Assembly: GCA_963758525.1 (NCBI GenBank)
Contig: CAVWVQ010000003.1
Coordinates: 2,400,001-2,464,000 of the forward strand
DNA length: 64,000 nucleotides
Direction of reading: 5' to 3'
Source of the DNA: an uncultured Phycisphaerales bacterium
GTDB lineage: Bacteria > Planctomycetota > Phycisphaerae > Tepidisphaerales > Tepidisphaeraceae
Shown here: in pieces, positions 61,868 to 64,000 of the stretch
Numbering within the stretch: the first letter of the stretch is position 1
Layout of the letters: the number at the start of each line of letters is the position of its first letter
Notes under the pieces: model-generated
The model's database searches: none
Told to the model about the DNA's origin: nothing
Seen by the model: the letters and a program-made list of their open reading frames with translations, nothing else
Made by a program: the position numbers and the translations under genes

Positions 61868-61933
61868 GTAGCACAGCCGTCTGGGCTGTGATTTCGGGCC
61901 ACAGCCGAGACGGCGCCAAGACGGCCGTGCTAC
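61868..61933. repeat. GTAG-type REP doublet (GTAGCACAGCCGTCTnGGCTGTG)
   Basis: GTAGCACAGCCGTCT..GCTGTG / CACAGCCGAGACGG..AGACGGCCGTGCTAC. Confidence 0.7.
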
Positions 61934-62057
61934 GCAATTGCGTCACCTGTAGCTTCGAAATTGCTCAAGCTATTCGTGCGCGAGCACGTAGATTGGCGAC
62001 TCACGACCGGGAAAATATCTTATCATCTGAGCATGGCGTTAGTGCGGATGGGCAAGA

Positions 62058-63164
62058 TCAATACGTCCTGCCGATGTACCCCACGATCGCCCGCTTCAGC
62101 TCGAGGGCATCGAACGCTCCCGTTTGTCGATAGAGCACTTTCCCGCCGGGCGCCACCAGCAGCGTAAACGGCACGGGCCCCTGCCAACTTTTATCCAGCG
62201 CATTCACCAGCGCGTCCTTGTCGTCGCTGCTCCAGATCCGGTTCTCGAATGCCAGGTGATGCTCCTTCAAGAATTCCAGAACCTGATCCTTTTTGTCCGC
62301 ATCGTCCATGCTGATGGTAATGGTCTCCAGCTTGCGACTTCGATAAATCCGGTTGATCTCCAGCAGCTCCGGCATTTCCGCCACGCACGGCCCGCACCAC
62401 GTCGCCCAGACATTGATCAGCCGAAGGTTCTTCGAGTCGTTCGCCGCCAGCTTTTTCACCCCGTCCGCATCGACCCCTTCCAGCGTCACTGGCTCGGCGT
62501 CCCATTTCTCAATCGCCTTTTTCGCGTTGCCGGACTTTTCGATCCACTTCGTCGAGCAACCAAAGACATGCGTTCTCTCCACCGGCACCGGCTTCCCCGC
62601 CAGGATCGCCTCAATCGCGTTGATCGCGTCGGTGTGATGGACCGTCTTCACATCCGAGTCATCGATGCGGCCCTCGTATCGCAGCTTCCGATCTCCGTCA
62701 AAGATAAACACATGCGGCGTCGCGACGCATCCATACGCGTGCGCCGTTTTCTGCGTATCGCCGTCATACAGATAGGGAAAATTAAACTGTTGTTCCTTCG
62801 CTCGCAGCTTCATGTCGTCGAATGAATCGCTGACGTCGGAGTAGCGTAACTCATCGAGCAGCAGCGCGTCGGGATTGTTCGGATTGATCGCGACCACGGC
62901 CACGCCCTTGTCGCGGTAGTCGGTTGCAAGTTTTTTGATGCGTCCTTCGTATGCCTGGGCCGTGGGGCAGTGATTGCAGGTGAAGACAACGACGAGGATC
63001 TTCGCCGACGCGAAGTCGTGAAGCGTGTATTGCTTGCCGTCGACACCGGGCAGGTTGAAATCGGGGGCGGTTGCGCCGATGTCCAGCGTGTGGACCTCGG
63101 CGGCATGGGACAGGGGAGACCAGAGAAGCAACGCCACTACGGCAATCAGGATGGGGCGGTTCAT
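62058..63164 (-). CDS. Exported redoxin protein with two thioredoxin-like domains
   Basis: Signal peptide, APDFNLPGVDG..FTCNHCP..TPHVF..YEGRIDD..GCSTKW, then INVWATWCGPCVAEMP. Confidence 0.9.
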   Translation of the reverse strand: MNRPILIAVVALLLWSPLSHAAEVHTLDIGATAPDFNLPGVDGKQYTLHDFASAKILVVVFTCNHCPTAQAYEGRIKKLATDYRDKGVAVVAINPNNPDALLLDELRYSDVSDSFDDMKLRAKEQQFNFPYLYDGDTQKTAHAYGCVATPHVFIFDGDRKLRYEGRIDDSDVKTVHHTDAINAIEAILAGKPVPVERTHVFGCSTKWIEKSGNAKKAIEKWDAEPVTLEGVDADGVKKLAANDSKNLRLINVWATWCGPCVAEMPELLEINRIYRSRKLETITISMDDADKKDQVLEFLKEHHLAFENRIWSSDDKDALVNALDKSWQGPVPFTLLVAPGGKVLYRQTGAFDALELKRAIVGYIGRTY

Positions 63165-63219
63165 ACCATTCAATACCGAGCATGCGAGCCGGCGCTGCGT
63201 GATGGATGACCCTCGAGCA

Positions 63220-64000
63220 TCACCGCGTATTCGACCCCATCGGCGTCAGCACGTTCAGCCGGCCGCGCTTGATCGTCAGCGGCACGACCGGATCTTCCGG
63301 ACACCGGGCGGCAAATTCATCGTAATATTTATTGATGAACGTGCGGGTCGCCCAGGCGGTGCCGTCGGCTAAGCCGCAGATGGTGGTGCCGGGCATGATG
63401 CCCATGGTTTTTTCCAATTCCATGAGCATGTCGATGTCTTTTGCCCGGCCCATGCCGTCCATGATGCGGTTGAGGATCTTGTGCATCCACCCGGAGCCTT
63501 CGCGGCAGGGAGTGCATTGGCCGCAGCTCTCGTGGGCATAGAAGCGGACGCAGTTGCGGAGGGCGGCAACCATGTCGGTGTGCTCGTTCATGACGATCAT
63601 GCCGGCGGTGCCGAGGCCGAGGCACCCGCCGCGGAAGCGGACGTCGTCGAAGTCGAGCTTGATGTCGAGTTCGTTGGGCCCGAGCACGCCCATGGAGATT
63701 CCGCCGCAGATGGCGCCTTTGTATCTGCCGCCTTTCATCCCGCCGGAGAGCTCATTAATGGCGAACTCGAGAGTGATTCCCAGTTCCTGTTCGTAGACGC
63801 CCGGCTTATTGACGTGGCCGCTCATGCCGTAGAGCTTGGGGCCTGGGGAGCTCTTGGTTCCCATGGATTTGAACCAGTCGGCGCCGCGCTCGATGATCGG
63901 GGGAACCAGGCAGAGCGTTTCCACATTGTTGATCACGGTCGGCCGGGCAAATGCGCCGGCGATCGCGGGAAACGGCGGCTTGTTGCGCGGCCAGCCGCGC
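63220..64000 (-). CDS. nuoF: NADH-quinone oxidoreductase subunit F, 5' part outside window
   Basis: PRNKPPFPA, INNVETL, SGHVNKPG.YE, LGTAGMIV, FYAHESCGQCTPCREG, GTTICGLADG. Confidence 0.95.
   Translation of the reverse strand, partial: RGWPRNKPPFPAIAGAFARPTVINNVETLCLVPPIIERGADWFKSMGTKSSPGPKLYGMSGHVNKPGVYEQELGITLEFAINELSGGMKGGRYKGAICGGISMGVLGPNELDIKLDFDDVRFRGGCLGLGTAGMIVMNEHTDMVAALRNCVRFYAHESCGQCTPCREGSGWMHKILNRIMDGMGRAKDIDMLMELEKTMGIMPGTTICGLADGTAWATRTFINKYYDEFAARCPEDPVVPLTIKRGRLNVLTPMGSNTR

Noticed and set aside
1..64000. tRNA, rRNA, prophage or integrase
   Set aside because: No cloverleaf/T-loop signatures, rRNA-like tracts or phage genes were recognised by eye. tRNAscan and cmscan were not run.

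Overview
High-GC bacterial chromosome segment, most likely Planctomycetota (probably Phycisphaerae/Tepidisphaerales). This is inferred from an LE(S/P)RxLLS-type export signal, TTQP/ATQP linkers, DUF2294 and DUF6677 genes, a TPR-YggX fusion and many palindromic repeats. At least 12 genes are split by single-base indels, several of them in homopolymers, which suggests uncorrected long-read errors rather than true pseudogenes. Contents in order: a glycan/uronate catabolic cluster (2 GH2, a GH88-like hydrolase, SDR, Eda, Gfo/Idh/MocA oxidoreductase, TIM-barrel isomerase); a decayed type ISP R-M + DUF3800 defence relic; a ~1660-aa TPR/C39 peptidase; two PaaK-like ligases; a sigma54-type triuret hydrolase + NCS2 permease operon; two DUF2294 (MpsC-like) genes separated by a structured leader with terminator/antiterminator architecture (candidate new riboswitch/attenuator); a secreted TPR-CHAT protease with an inserted PDZ domain; a dynamin-like GTPase carrying an in-frame repeat element; a full-length IS5-family element; tandem GT-C glycosyltransferases; housekeeping genes (folE, xylB, DNA ligase, osmC, nuoF); and envelope-modification genes (GT11, GT4, WcaF, UbiA/DPPR synthase, PAP2, KdoO, ArnT). 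Recurring unusual themes are intergenic repeats captured in-frame inside proteins, genes collapsed by internal deletion with both ends retained, and many different REP-like families. No rRNA, tRNA or CRISPR array was seen.
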